Positions 12,050 to 25,200 of a stretch of DNA of 64,000 bases are shown piece after piece. Made by a program: the position numbers and the translations under genes. Location: positions 165,418,001-165,482,000 of the forward strand of contig NC_086097.1 in assembly GCF_963921235.1 (NCBI RefSeq), given 5' to 3'. Source of the stretch: Mobula hypostoma (lineage: Eukaryota). Within the stretch, counting starts at the first letter, position 1. Every line of letters begins with the position of its first letter. A model generated the notes under the pieces. That model had not been told where the DNA came from and searched no databases. It was given only the letters and a program-made list of their open reading frames with translations.

Positions 12050-12580
12050 ATCATTTTGGACCCCATGACTAAGGAATGACGTGCTGGCATTGGAAAGGGT
12101 CCAGAGAAGGTTTTCAAGATTGATCCCAAGAATAAAACAATATGATCAGTGTTTGATGGCCTTGGGCTTGTACCGACTGGAGTGTAAAAGATTGAGAAGT
12201 GGACTCATTTAAACCTGTTGAATATTGAAAGCCCTGAATAGAGTGGACGGTGGAGAGGATTTTTCCAGTAGTGGGAGAGTCTAGGACTAGCCTCAGAATA
12301 AAAGGATGTCCCTTTAGAACAGAGATGAGGGGGAATTCTTTAGCCAGGGAGTGTCGAATCTGTAGAATTCATTGTCAGAGACGACTCTACAACCTTGGCT
12401 ATACTTGGCTATATAAGTGGAGTTAATAGATTCTGAATTAGTAAAGGTGTCAAAGGTTATAGGGAGAAGCCAGAGAATGGAGTTGAGGGGAATGTTAGTC
12501 AGCCATTATTGAATGGCAAAGCAGACTCAGTGGGCTAAACGGCCTAATTCTGCTCCTGTGCCTTATAGTCTTCTGGTCTG
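12050..12580 (+). mobile_element. CR1 3' fragment
   Basis: Degenerate ...KDVLALERVQRRF... coding remnant and the 3' UTR ggcctaattctgctcct. Confidence 0.75.
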
Positions 12581-12869
12581 TGAGCTAATGTTTTAATCCA
12601 GTGTTTCAGTGAACAAGTTAATTTCTAAGAAAGTAGAGGCACTGCCATGCTTTCTTTGTAATGGCACTTGTGTGCTGGATCCAGGACAGATCTTCGAAAA
12701 TGACGAAGCCAACGAATTTAAAGTTGCTGGCATTCTCCACCTGTGATTCTCCAGTGAGGACTGGCTCATGAGCCTATGGTTTCCTCCTGCTGGTCAATGA
12801 TCATCTACTTGGTCTTGCTGTCATTGAGTGAGATGCTGTTGTTGAGGCACCGTTCCGCCAGATGTTCAG

Positions 12870-14382
12870 TTTTGCTTTTTTTGACACTGATCAACAGAAA
12901 AAGACTCTTCCAAGTCAAAGTGAAAACAAATCTCTACAAAATGATCTAAATAGAGACACAAAATATTTGATAGTATAAGTATTCACCCTTTTAAGTCAGT
13001 ATTTAGTAGATGCACCTTTGGCAGCAATTAAAGCCTTGGGTCTGTGTGGATAGGTCTCTATCAGCTTTGCAAATCTGGACAGTGCGATTTTCCTCCATTC
13101 TTCTTTATAAAACTGCTCAATCTCTGTAAAATTGCATGGGGATTGTGAGTGAACAACCCTTTTCTAATCCAGCCACAGATTCTCAATTGGATTGAGGTCT
13201 GGACTCTGACTTGGCTACTCCAAGACATTAACTTCATTGTTTTTAAGCCTTTCCAGTGTAACTTTGGCTTTTGCTTGGGATCACTGTCTTGCTGGAAAAC
13301 AAATCTTCTCCCGAGTCGCAGTACCTTGCAGACTGCATCATATTTTCCTCCCAGATTTCCCTGTATTTTACTGCATTCATTTTATCCTTTACTTTCAAGC
13401 CTTCCAGGGCCTGCTGCATTGAAGCATCCCCACAGCATGATGCAGCCACCACCATGATTCACAGTAGGGATGGTGTGTTTTTGATGATGTGTGGTGTTTG
13501 GCTTACGCCAAACATAGCATTTAGTCTGATGGCCAAAAAACTCAATTTTGGTTTCATAAGACCATAGAACCTTCTTCCAGGTGACTTTCGAGTCTCCCAC
13601 ATGCCTTCTGGCACACTAGCTGAGATTTCATATGAGTGTTTTTTGAACAGCGGCTTTCTCTTTGCCACTCTCCCATAAAGCTCAACTGGAGAAGCACCAG
13701 GGCAATAGCTGTGTTTGCAATCTCTTCCATCTCAGCCACTGAAGCTTGTAACTCCTCTAGAGTTGTGATAGGTCTCTTGGTAGCTTCCCTCACTAGTCCC
13801 CTTCTTGTACGGCCACTCATTTTTGAGGATGGCCTGCTCTAGGTAGATTTACAGCTGTGCCTTATTCTTTCTATTTCTTAATGATTAATTTAACTGTTCT
13901 CCAAGGGATATTCAGTGACTCAGAAATTTTCTTGTATCCATCTCTGGACTTGTGCTTTTAAATAACCTTCATGCAGAGTTGCTTGAAATGTTCGTTTGTC
14001 TTCATGGTGTAGTTTTTGGCAGGATACTGACTCACCAGCAGTTGGACCTTCCAGATACAGGTGTACTTTTACTACAATCAATTAAAACACCTTGACTTCA
14101 CATGACGATCTCCATTTAACTAATTATGTGACTTCTAAAACCAATTGGCTGCACCAATGATGATTTGCTGTGTCATATTAAAGGGGGTGACTACTGATGC
14201 AATCAATTATTTTGTGTTTTATATTTGTAATTAATTTAGATCACTTTGTAGAGATCTGTTTTCACTTTCACAAAAGAGCCTTTTTCCATTGATCGGTGTC
14301 ATAAAAGCCAAATTAAATCCACTGTGATTCAGTGTTATAAAACTTGCGGGGGGAGTGGGGTAAATACTTTTTATAGGCATTG
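12870..14382 (-). mobile_element. Tc1-family DNA transposon (IR/DR type), left TIR truncated
   Basis: The right end reverse-complements to TA|CAATGCCTATAAAAAGTATTTACCCC. Long imperfect inverted repeats lie at about 12870-12992 and 14180-14382, each with an aagtattcacccc-like DR. Confidence 0.9.
12996..14005 (-). pseudogene. Tc1 transposase pseudogene
   Basis: Starts MKTNE and ends GASTKY*. Motifs WKKVLWSYETK (catalytic D replaced by Y), PTVNHGGGCIMLWGCF and PDLNPIENLW. Multiple frameshifts. Confidence 0.9.
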
Positions 14383-15719
14383 TACATGCTGACTTGTCAG
14401 CACCTTTGATTTGATCAGTGATAGTGGTGTCGAGAGAGCAAACATAGATATGGCATTGGATGTTTGCCTAGTCTCACAGTCATAAGTATAAAGTACGTAG
14501 AGCAGGGGACTAAGTACACAGCATTGTGGTGTACCTGTAGAGGAGATGTTACCAAGCTATGCCATCTGAGGTCTGCAAGTGAAGAAATTGAGGATTCTGT
14601 TGCAAAGAGGATATATTGAGACCAAGGTACTGAAGCTTATTGATTACTTTTAAGGGGATGGTAGTATTGAATGCTGAGCTGAAGTCAGTGAAGAGAATCC
14701 TGGTGTATGTATCTTCCCTGTCCAGATGTTCCAGGGTAAAGTGAAGAGCCAATGAAATGGCATCTACTGTTGACCTGTAGTGTAGATGATTTGGCAAATT
14801 GGAGTGGTTCCAAGTTGCTCCTCAGGCAGGAGTTGATATGTTTCATCACCACCCTTCAAACCTACATTACAGTGTATGTAGGTGCTACTGGATGACAGTC
14901 ATTGAAGCAGGTTATCTTGTAGCAGGTGGGTACCACAGACTGCTGAAGCGGAGGGTTAGAGATATCAGTGAACACTCCAGCCAGTTGATCAGCATAGGCC
15001 TTCAGTACTCAGCCAAATATCCCGTCTGGGCCGGATGCTTTCTGTGGACTCTGACGGATGCTCTCGGGTTGGCCTCAGAGACTGAAATCACAGGGTCATC
15101 AGGGGCTGTGGGAGTTCATGAAGGTGCCTCCATGTCTTTTTTGTGTTAAAGTGAGCATAAAAGGTATTGAGCTCATCTGGGAGCAAAACCTTGTTGTCAC
15201 ATATGTCACTTGGTTTTACTTTGTAGGAAGTGATAGCATTAAAGCCCTGCCACATCTGGTGAGCATCCTCTGTGATTCTAGTTTGATCCAGAATTGCCAC
15301 CTCATGCGAGATGATCTTCCAGAGGTCATACCTGGGCCTCTTGTATTTTATTTGGTTGCCAGTGTGAACACCACTGATCTGGTCCTCAGCAGATTGCAGA
15401 TCTTTTGGTTCAACCACGGATTCTACTTGGGGAAGACCCGAAATGATTTTGTGGGGGTCATGCATGTCTACGACTGACAGTACAACACAGGAACGGGTGC
15501 TTTGGCCCATGGTGTTGTACCAGACTAAATGCCTATCTAAATTCAGCCCTTCTGCCAACACAATGTCCATATTTTTCCATTCTCTGCACATCCATGTGAA
15601 GACTATTTTAAACACGCTGTCATAGTTGCTTCCATTATCACCCTGGCAGGAAATTCCTGCTATCGACCACTTCTGTGTTTAAAAAAAAAGTCTTGCTACA
15701 CACATCTTATTTGAACTTG

Positions 15720-17176
15720 CCCCCTCTGATCTCCAGCACCCAGGACATGCCCTTTTCTCACTGTTACCATCAGGTAAGAGATACAGAAGCCTGAAGGCAC
15801 ACACTCAGCGATTCAGGAACAGCTTCTTCCCCTCTGCCATCCGATTCCTAAATGGATGTTGAAGCTTTGGACATTACCTCACTTTTTTTTAATATACAGT
15901 ATTTATGTTTTTGAGTGTTTTTTTAATCTATTCAATATACGTAATTGATTTAGACCATAAGACCATAGGATATAGGAGCAGAAGTAGGCCACTCGGCCCA
16001 TCGAGTCTGCTCTGATTCAATCGTGGGCTGATCCAATTCTTCCAGTCATCCCCACTCCCCTGTCTTCTCCCCATACCCTTTGATGCCCTGGCTAATCAAG
16101 AACCTATCTATCTCTGCCTTAAATACACACAATGACTTGGCCTCCACAGCTGCTAGTGGCAACAAGTTCCATGGATTTACCACCCTCTGACTACAGTAAT
16201 TTCTCCGCATCTCAGTTCTAAAAGGACGTCCTTCAATCCTGAAGTCGTGCCCTATTGTCCGAGAATCCCATGCCATGGGAAATAACTTTGCTATATCAAA
16301 TCTGTTCAGGCCATTTAACATTCTGAATGTTTCTTTGAGATCCCCCCTCTTTCTCCTGAACTCCAGGGAATACACCCCACGAGTTGCCCGACGTTCCTCA
16401 TATGGTAACCCTTTCATTCCTGGAATCATTCTTGTGAATCTTCTCTGAACCCCCTCCAATGTCAGTATATCCTTTCTAAAATAAGGAGCCCAAAACTGCA
16501 CACAGTACTCCAAGTATGGTTTCACAAGTGCTTTATAGAACCTCAACATCACATCCCTGCTCTTATATTCTATACCTCTGGAAATGAAAGCCAATATTGC
16601 ATTCGCCTTCTTCACCACAGACTCAACCTGGAGGTTAACCTTTAGGGTATCGTGCACAAGGACTCCCTAGTCCCTTTGCATCTGTGCATTTTGAATTCTC
16701 TCTCCATCTAAATAATAGTCTGCCTGTTTATTTCTTCCACCAAAGTGCATGACCATACACTTTCCAACATTGTATTTCATTTGTCACTTCTTTGCTCATT
16801 CCCCTAAACTATCTAAGTCTCTCTGCAGGCTCTCTGTTTCCTCAACACAACCCGCTCCTCCACCTATCTTTGTATCATTGGCAAATTTAGCCACAAATCC
16901 ATTAATCCCATAGTCCAAATCATTGACATACGTCGTAAAAAGCAGCGGTCCCAACACCAACCTCTGTGGAACTGTACTGGTAACTGGCAGCCAGCCAAAA
17001 TAGGATCCCTATTTCCCCATTCTCTGTTTTCTCTTTTACTCTGTTTATTTATTATGTTTTGTTTTAATTATTATTATTTTTTCTCTCTGCTAGATTATGT
17101 ATTGCATTGAACTGCTGCTGCTAAGTTAACAAATTTCACATCACATGCTGGTGATAATAAACCTGATTCTAATTCT
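15720..17176 (+). mobile_element. Rex1/Babar 3' end split by CR1 insertion
   Basis: 15720-15950 plus 17030-17176 together match the contiguous copy at 40060-40402, which has an (ATTCTG)n-type tail. Confidence 0.75.
15950..17030 (-). mobile_element. Relatively young CR1 3' fragment
   Basis: 203-aa open ORF 16046..16657 (KKANAILAFISRGIEYKSRDVML...QFWAPY) and a (tcttatgg)n tail. Confidence 0.92.
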
Positions 17177-17189
17177 ACCTATACTACTC

Positions 17190-17764
17190 ATAACCTGCTT
17201 CCAGTGGCCACACATTTTAATTCCACATCCCATTGCCATTCTGACATGTCTATCCACGGCCTCCTCTACTGTAAAGATGAAGCCACACTCAGGTTGAAGG
17301 AACAACACCTAATATTCCGTCTGGGTAGCCTCCAACCTGATGGCATGAACATTGACTTCTCTAACTTCCACTAATGCCCCACCTCCCCCTCGTACCCCAT
17401 CCATTATTTATTTATATACACACATCCTTTTTCTCTCTCTTCTTTTTCTCCCTCTGTCCCTCTGACTATACCCCTTGCCCATCCTCTGGTTCCCCCCCCC
17501 TTGTCTTTCTTCCCGGACCTCCTGTCCCATGATCCTCTCGTATCCCCTTTGCCAATCACCTGTCCAGCTCTTGGCTCCATCCCTCCCCCTCCTGTCTTCT
17601 CCTATCATTTCGGATCTCCCCCTCCCCCTCCAACTTTCAAATCCCTTACTCACTCTTCCTTCAGTTAGTCCTGACGAAGGGTCTCGGCCTGAAACGTCGA
17701 CTGCACCTCTTCCTACAGATGCTGCCTGGCCTGCTGCGTTCACCAGCAACTCTTATGGGTGTTC
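17190..17764 (+). mobile_element. Penelope-like element 3' end (GIY-YIG C-terminus plus pseudo-LTR)
   Basis: Translates PVATHFNSTSHCHSDMSIHGLLYCKDEATLRLKEQHLIFRLGSLQPDGMNIDFSNFH*, followed by a pyrimidine-rich UTR and a hammerhead motif. Confidence 0.9.
17662..17703 (+). ncRNA. Minimal type-I hammerhead ribozyme motif
   Basis: Stem I AGTC(17667-70)/GACT(17699-702); core CTGACGA 17671-77; stem II AGG/CCT; GAAAC 17691-95; GTC triplet 17696-98; palindromic ACGT stem III with no loop. Confidence 0.75.
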
Positions 17765-18680
17765 TACAGAGGTTGTTTCTGGGACCACTTCTTTTCATAT
17801 TATACATCAGTGATTTGGATGACTGACTTGATGGCTCTGTGACCATTTGCAGGTGAAACGAAGATAGGTGGAGGGTCAGGCAGCGTTGAGGAAGCAGGGA
17901 GTCTGCAGAAGGACTTAGACAGATTAGGAGAATGGGCACAGAAGTGGCAGATGGAATATAGTGCAGGGAAGTGTATGGACATGCACTTTGGTAGAAGAAA
18001 TTAAAGTCCTGTCTTTTAAACAGGAAGAAAATTCTGAAATCAAAGGTGCAAAGAGATATGGAAGTCCTTGTGCAGTGTACTCTAAAAGTTAACTTGCTGG
18101 TTGAGTCAATGGTAAGGAAGGTAAATGCAATGTTTGCATTCATTTTGAGAGGACTAGAATACAAAGCAAGGGTGTAAGGCTGAGGCTTTATTAGGCATTG
18201 GTCAGACAGCACTTGAAGTATTGTGAGCAGTCTAGGGCCCCTTATCTAAGAAAGGAAGTGCTGGCGTTGGAGAGGCTCCAGAGGATCTTTATGAGAATGA
18301 TTCCATGAATGAAAGTGTTAATGTGTGAGGAGTGTTTGATGGCTATGAGCTTGTACTCACTGGAGTGTAGAAGAAAGAGGGGAGGATCTCATTGAAACCA
18401 TTCGAATATAGAGTGGATGTGAAGAGGATGTTTCCGATAGTGGGAGAGTCTAGGGCCAGAGGGTGGTAAATCCTTCCCAAAGACAGCTATGGAGCCAGGT
18501 CACAGGTATATGTAAAGCGGAGGTTGGTGGCTTCTTGGTTAGAAAAGGTGTCAAAGGTTACGGGGAGAAATCAGGAGAATGCTGTTGAGAGGGACTATAA
18601 ATCAGCCTTGATGGAATAGCAGAGCAGATTTGAAGGGCTGAATACCCTACTTCTGCTTCTATGTCTTATGGTCTCTTTTA
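17755..18680 (+). mobile_element. CR1 RT-to-3'UTR fragment
   Basis: Degenerate LQKDLDRLGEWAQKWQMEY and RKVNAMFAFILRGLEYK, plus the CR1 tail. Confidence 0.8.
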
Positions 18681-19929
18681 GCACATGCCTTCTCACCCAG
18701 GCAGTACGCTGATAAACCTCTTCTGCACCCTCCTCCAAATTCTCCATATCCTTCCTATAATGGGGCAACCAGAATTTAATGTGGTATTCCAGATGTATAA
18801 AGCTGTAACAAAGCTTCCTGGCTCTTGCCATTAACTAATGAAGGTATCATGCTATACACCTCCTTTATACAATCTTTACCACCCTATCAACCTATGCAGC
18901 CAACCCTGTTCCATAAACTCCTAGCTTGGACCAATGGTTATCCTGGTTCAGAGCTGTAACACTCTGTTTCAGATAGAATGTTGAACAGAGCTTCATTTGC
19001 CTTTCCTGTATTTCAGCTACATGTTAAACTTCATTTAGCTTCTGATTTCCTCCCAGTTTCTTAGCCTAAGATATCTTTCCAGTCACTTCCACATAAAAAG
19101 AATAATTAGTCAGTCAGTTGTTCATGGGACTGCACGAAATGCAGAACAGATTGTTATTTACTTGTTGTCATGTGGTCAATATGTCTCTTCACCATTTCTG
19201 GGGTGCCTCTAAATGCTGAGTTCAGGCTTGCAAGGTTATTGCAGGGGTGGGACTAGAAATAGGAGAGAGCTGTGTGTTTGTTTTATTACCAATTGTTAAC
19301 ATTTGAAATACTATTCAAAAAGGGGAAGAGAATGATCATTAAAGAACAGAACCTTTTTCACTAAGTTTCTACTTTGATGCATTTATATTTTGCACAGAGT
19401 TAAAAGTTTCTTTTCAAAATGCCTTCTTTAAATTTACTATTATTTTTTGTAATCTGATAGCTTACTCTGGTAAGTGGCTGCCACATTTATTTATCAGGAC
19501 AGTAATTCAGTGCTCAAATGGCTTTTCCCCCCTCTTAGAGTTGATGAAACATGATCATTATGCCTCTTGGCTAATTTAATATCTGACTTCAAATCTTACA
19601 AGGACTTGTGGGTTCCAGACATGTAGAATCAGGAATGTATTTTTTGACTGTGGTGAATTCTACTGCAGAAATTTGACCAAAAGATTGAGGTCATCGCACT
19701 GTGCTCACACTACACATAAGAAGGAGGCTATTGTTTGCTAAGGAAAGGATTAGGGTCATGTTCATGTTTAATGAAAATTTAGAACAGCAAAATTATTACT
19801 ACTCTGGACATGTTCATCAAACTGAGAGCTTTTTGTCTGATCTGTTGCGGATGATAGAAAATAATTCTAAAAATTCTTATCTTACTGAGTGTTTATTAAT
19901 AAGTGTTACATCATCACAATTACAGTTTG

Positions 19930-21880
19930 AATGCCTATTGCAGTTCTTGGATCATTGGGATCTCTTCTGAGGGAGGGGTATGACCTGCTCAAAAGTGAAG
20001 GGTTGCACCTGATCCCGAGGGGGACCAATATTCTTGCGGGCAGGTTTGTTAGAGCTGTTGGGGAGGGTTTAACCTAACTTGGCAGGGAGGTGGGAACCAG
20101 AGTGAAGGGACTCAGGATAGGATGGATGGTGAAAAAGTAAAGATAGCGTGCTGTCAGATTGTCAGGAAGGGCCGACTTAGTTGCAGCAGGCTGAGTATCA
20201 AGTCATTAGGGGTGTAGAATCAGAAAGGATAGCAAATATGGTACTCAAAGTGTTGTATCTAAATGCACATAGTATAAGAAATAAGGTGGATGATCTTATT
20301 GCAATATTACAGATTGCCAGGTATGATGTGCCCATAGTGCATATAGTGACTGAAGGATTGTTGTAGTTGGGAGCTGAATATCCAAGGTTACTCGTTATAT
20401 CGGAGGGATAGGAAGGTAGGTAGAGGGGGTGGTGTGGCTCTACTGGTAAAGAATGGCATCAAATCAGTAGAAATATGTGACATAGGATCAGAAGATGTTG
20501 AATCCTTGTGGGTTGAGTTAAGAAACTGCAAGGGTAAAAGGACGTTGATGGCAGTTAGATGCAGGCCTCCCAACAGTGGCTGGGAGGTGGACCACAGGTT
20601 ACAACAGGAAAGTCATGGGAGATTCTAACATGCAGGTCGATCGGGAAAATCAGGTTGGTAATGGATCTCAAGAGAGTGAGTTTGTTGAATGCCTAAGAGA
20701 TAGCTTTTTACAGCAGTTTGTCATTGAGCCTACTGGGGGATCAGCTATACTGGATTGGGTGTTATGTAATGAACCAGAAGCGATTAGGGAGCTTAAGGTA
20801 AAAGAAACCGTAGGAACCAGTGATCGCAATATGATTGTGTTCAACTTGAAATTTGATAAGGAAAAAGTAAAGTCTGATGTAGCAGTATTCCAGTGGAGTA
20901 AGGGAAATTACAGTGGTATGAGACAGGAGTTAGCCAAAGTAAATTGGAAGGAGCTGCTGGCAGGGATGTCAGCAGAGCAGCAATGGCGTGCGTTTCTGGG
21001 AAAACTGAGAAAGGTGCAGGACATCTGTATTCCAAAAATGAAGAAATACTCAAATGGTAAAATAGTACAATGGAAGTCAAAGCAAAAGAAAGGGCATACA
21101 ACAAAGCAAAAATTAGTTGGAAGATAGAGGATCGGGAAGTGTGTAAAAACTTACAGAGAACTCAGCCTTTTCCCCTTGGAGTGACGGAGGATGAGAGGTG
21201 ACCTGATAGAGGTGTATAAGATAATGAGAGGCATTCATCATGTGGATAATTAGAGGCTTTTTCCCAGGGCTGAAATGGCTAGCAAGAGAGGACACAGTTT
21301 TAAGTTGCTTGGAAGGAGGTACAGAGGAGATGTCAGGGGTAAAAAATTTTTAAGCAGAGAGTGGTGAGTGTGTGGAATGGGCTGCCAGTGACGGTGGTGG
21401 AGATGGATACGATAGGGTCTTTTAAGAAACTCCTGGACAGGTACATGGAGCTTAGAAAAATAGAGGGCTATGTGTAACCCTAGGTAACTTCTAAGTTAAG
21501 GGTATGTTTGGCACAGCTTTGTTGGCCGAAGTGCTTGTATTGTGCTTGGGTTTTCTATGTTTCTTTGACAAGAGGACACAGCCTCAGGATAAAGGGGCGC
21601 TCTTTCAAAACAGAGATGTGGAAAAAATTCTTTAGCCAGAGGATGGTGAATTTGTGGAATTTGTTGCCACACGCAGTGGTGGAGGCCAGGTCGTTGGGTG
21701 TATTTAAGCCAGAGATTGATAGGTTCTTGATTGGACATAGCATCAAAGGATATGGGGAGAAGGTCAGGAACCGGGGTTGAGGAGATTAAAAAAAAGATCA
21801 GTCATGATTGAATAGCGGAGCAGACTCGATGGGCCAGATGGCCTAATTCTGCTCCCTTCCCTTATGGTCTTATGGTCTTA
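19930..21880 (+). mobile_element. CR1 with ORF1 esterase end, ORF2 endonuclease, internal deletion and 3' end
   Basis: FLDHWDLF...GLHL (SGNH block), LKVLYLNAHSIRNKVDDL and ILDWVLCNE...TSDRNMI. A second CR1 3' piece sits at about 21160-21565. Confidence 0.85.
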
Positions 21881-22269
21881 TCACCATGGAGTGAAGCGAT
21901 GCAAAATGGAAATAGTGAGAATAGGGTAATATTTTTGGACCCAGTTGGGTGGTCATGATGTGTCACCCAGGGACTTTCCTGAGGCCTCAGTTTATCACTA
22001 GTTACCAAAAGATGACTTTGTATCTAATTTGCTGATGGCACTAAGGCAAGTGACAGAGTGAGGAGGAAATGGAAATTTGCAAAGGGATGTTGATGAGTTA
22101 CGTGAATAGGCAAGACTGGCAGATGGAATTCAGTCCAGCCAAGTGTACTAGACCCAAAGAAGGTGATCAGAGATGGGAAGGGAGATCATAAGAAGTTTTG
22201 GATATCCACCGGAATTGATCACAAAGACATATGAAATGTAGACCTTCAGTGGAATTCCTACTTTGTTCC

Positions 22270-25200
22270 TACATGATGGTGATGGACATTCCCACCTGCT
22301 TTAAAAGAGCCTCAATCAAAAAGGTGCCCAAGAAGAGCAGGATGAGCTGTCTCAATGACTATTGCCCGGTAGTACTCACATCTAATGTGATGAAATGCTT
22401 TGAGAGGTTAAGTCATAGTAATGTAAACATGGACCAAAAATGACAACAAAGCAGTAGAACATAGAAATCTACAGCACATTACAGGCCCTTCAGCCCACAA
22501 TGTTGTGCCGACCACGTAACCTACTCTCGAAGCTCCCTAACACATTAGCCCTCTATTTTTCTAAGCTCACTTACCTATCTCAGAGTCTCTCAAACGGTCC
22601 TATTGTATCCGCCTCTACTTACATTGCTGGCAGTGCATTCCATACACCCATCACTCTCTGTGTGAAAAACTTAACTCTGACATCCCCTACTTCCAAGCAC
22701 CTTAAAACTATGCCCCCTCATGTTAGCCATTTCAGCCTTGGGGGGAAATAGCCACTGGGTATCCGTATCCACATGATCAATGCTTCATTAAATATTTTTA
22801 AGCTTGTTAGCCATGGTACACACTGGACAATTTACAGTGTGGTAGTGACAAACCAACCTCTCCAAGACAAAAAAAAGCTCACTTGAAAGTCCGCCCAAAA
22901 AGAGAGCGTCTCCCACACATGTAGGAGGTCCAGTCAATTATCTCGAGGTGAATTGGCCACATGCACACTTGCCACATTCTTGCAATTGATCTGACATGGT
23001 TTAGGACATGGCTGGAATCAACTCCTGCCTAAGCAAGGACTCACAATTTACCTAATGCCACTACAGGTGTCTGGTGGATGCAATCTAATTGGTTTTCCAT
23101 TCAGCCTCAGACCTCCTGGACAACAGCAATATCTACGTGTATCAATCTGCTGTTATTGATTACAGCTTAGCTTTCAATAGAATCATCTCCTCAGTACTGA
23201 TCAATAAGCTTGCAATCCTAGGCTGCTGTACCTCCCTCTGCAACTGGATCCTTTACTTCCTCATGGAGAACACAGTCAGTGCAGATCAGTTGCTGGCTGA
23301 CAGCTAGCGTTGGTGCACCTCAAGGATGCATGCTTAAGCACATTGCTCTTATCTCTACACTTGTCACTGTGCCATGGTACCGTTGAAGCATCATCTGTAA
23401 GTTTGTCAGTGGCACAACTGTTGGCAGAATCGCAGGTGATGACGAGGAGGCATACTGCAATGAGACAGATGACCATAAGAGATAGGTACAGAATTGGGCC
23501 ATTCAGCCCCTCGAGTCGGCTCTACCATTCCATCATGGCTGGTTTATTATCCCTCTCAGTCCCATTCCCAGTAACCTTTAACACCCTGACAAAGCAGAAA
23601 CCTACCAACCTCTGCTTTAAATATTCTCAATGATTTGGCTTCCACAGCTATTTGTGGGAAGGAATTGCACAGATTCACCACCCTCTGGCTAAAGTAATTC
23701 ATCCTCATCTCTATTCTAAAAGGATGTCCCTCTATTCTGAGGCCTTTGGTTCTAGACTCACCCACTATAGGAACCATCCTCTCCACATCCACCCTTTCTA
23801 GACCATTCAATATTTGACAGGTTTCATTAAGATCCCCCCTCATTCTTCTGAACTCCAGTGAGTACAAGCCCGGAACCATCAAATGCTGTACAGATGTAAA
23901 CCCTTTCATTCCCAGAATGATTCTCGTGAACCTCCTCTGGACCTCCTCCAATGCCAGTGTATCTTTTGTAAGAGAGGGAGCCCAAAGCTCCTCACAGTAC
24001 TCCAAGTGCAGTCTGACCAATGTCTTATAAATCCTCAGCATGACATCCTTGCTCTTATATTCTAGTCCTCTTGAAATGAACGCTAGCATTGCATTTGCCT
24101 TCCGACTCAATCAGCAAGTTAACTTTTAGGGAATCTTGCACAAGGTCTACCAAGTCCCTTTACACCTGATTTTTGAATTTTCTTCTTGCTTAGAAAATAA
24201 TCTGTGCCTTCATACCTTCTTTCAAAGTGTACCACCATACACTTTCCTACACTGTATTCCATCAGCCAACCCTTTGCCTTTTGTCTCAATCTGTTTAGAT
24301 TCTTCTGTGGTCTCCCTTTTTTCTCAACACTACCTGCCTCTCCACCAATCTTTGGGTATTATCTGCAAACTTGGCCACAAAGCCATCAATCCATTATCCA
24401 GATCATTAACATGTAACCTGTGAAGAAGCGGTCCCAACACCAACCCCTGCGGAGCACCGTTAGTCACCAACAGCCAACCAGAAAAGGCCCCTTTTATTCT
24501 CACTGTTTGCTTCTTGCCAGTCAGCCAATCTTCTGTCCATGCTAGTATGGCTCTTACCTTGTTAAGCAGCCTCATTTGCTTGTCAAAGGCCTTCTGAAAA
24601 TACAAGAAAACAATATCCGTTGACCCTCCTTTGTCTATCTTGTGTGTTTCGCCTATTTTACTGTGTGCCTCCAAGTACCTTGAAACCTTGTCCTGAATAA
24701 TGGATTCTAACATCTTCTCATCCACAGCAGTCAGGCTAACTGGCCTATAATTTTCTTTTTCCTGCCCCCCTCCCTTCTTAAAGAGTGGAGTGACATTTGC
24801 AATTTTCCAGTCCTCCAGAACCATTCCAGAATCTAGTGATTTTTTGAAAGATCATTACTTATGTCTCTGCAATTTCTTCAGCTACCTCTTATAAAACACT
24901 ATGGTATAGACCATTTGATCCAGGTGACTTAGCTATCTTTAGACCTTTCAGTTTCCTAAGCACCTTCTTTTAATTGATAGCAACTACATTCAGTTCTTCC
25001 ATCGACACTTGAATTTCTGGCATACTGCTAATGTCTTCCACAGTGAAGACTGATGCAAAATACTTATTAAGTTCATTTGCCATTTCTTTGATCCCCAATA
25101 CTATTTCTCAAGCCTCATTTCCAGCAATCCGATATCTACTCTCACTGCTCATATATTTTATACTGTATATATATCTGGTAAAACTTTTGTATCGTTATTT

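Larger units (their letters stand above)
12625..15450 (-). mobile_element. Rex1/Babar LINE fragment interrupted by Tc1
   Basis: [12 protein letters not shown]...[11 protein letters not shown] (14549..14797) and MWQGFNAITSYK...LPDELNTFYAHF (15088..15615). The RT remnant continues at 12625-12870. Confidence 0.8.

Noticed and set aside
16046..16657. Longest ORF (203 aa) as a host or domesticated gene
   Set aside because: It is the ordinary C-terminus of CR1 ORF2 from a 5'-truncated copy with its tail attached.
18801..18821. AGC TGT AAC AAA GCT (SCNKA), resembling the missing TWSG1 exon
   Set aside because: It continues SW rather than LCASD and lies inside a minus-strand CR1 fragment, so the match is chance.
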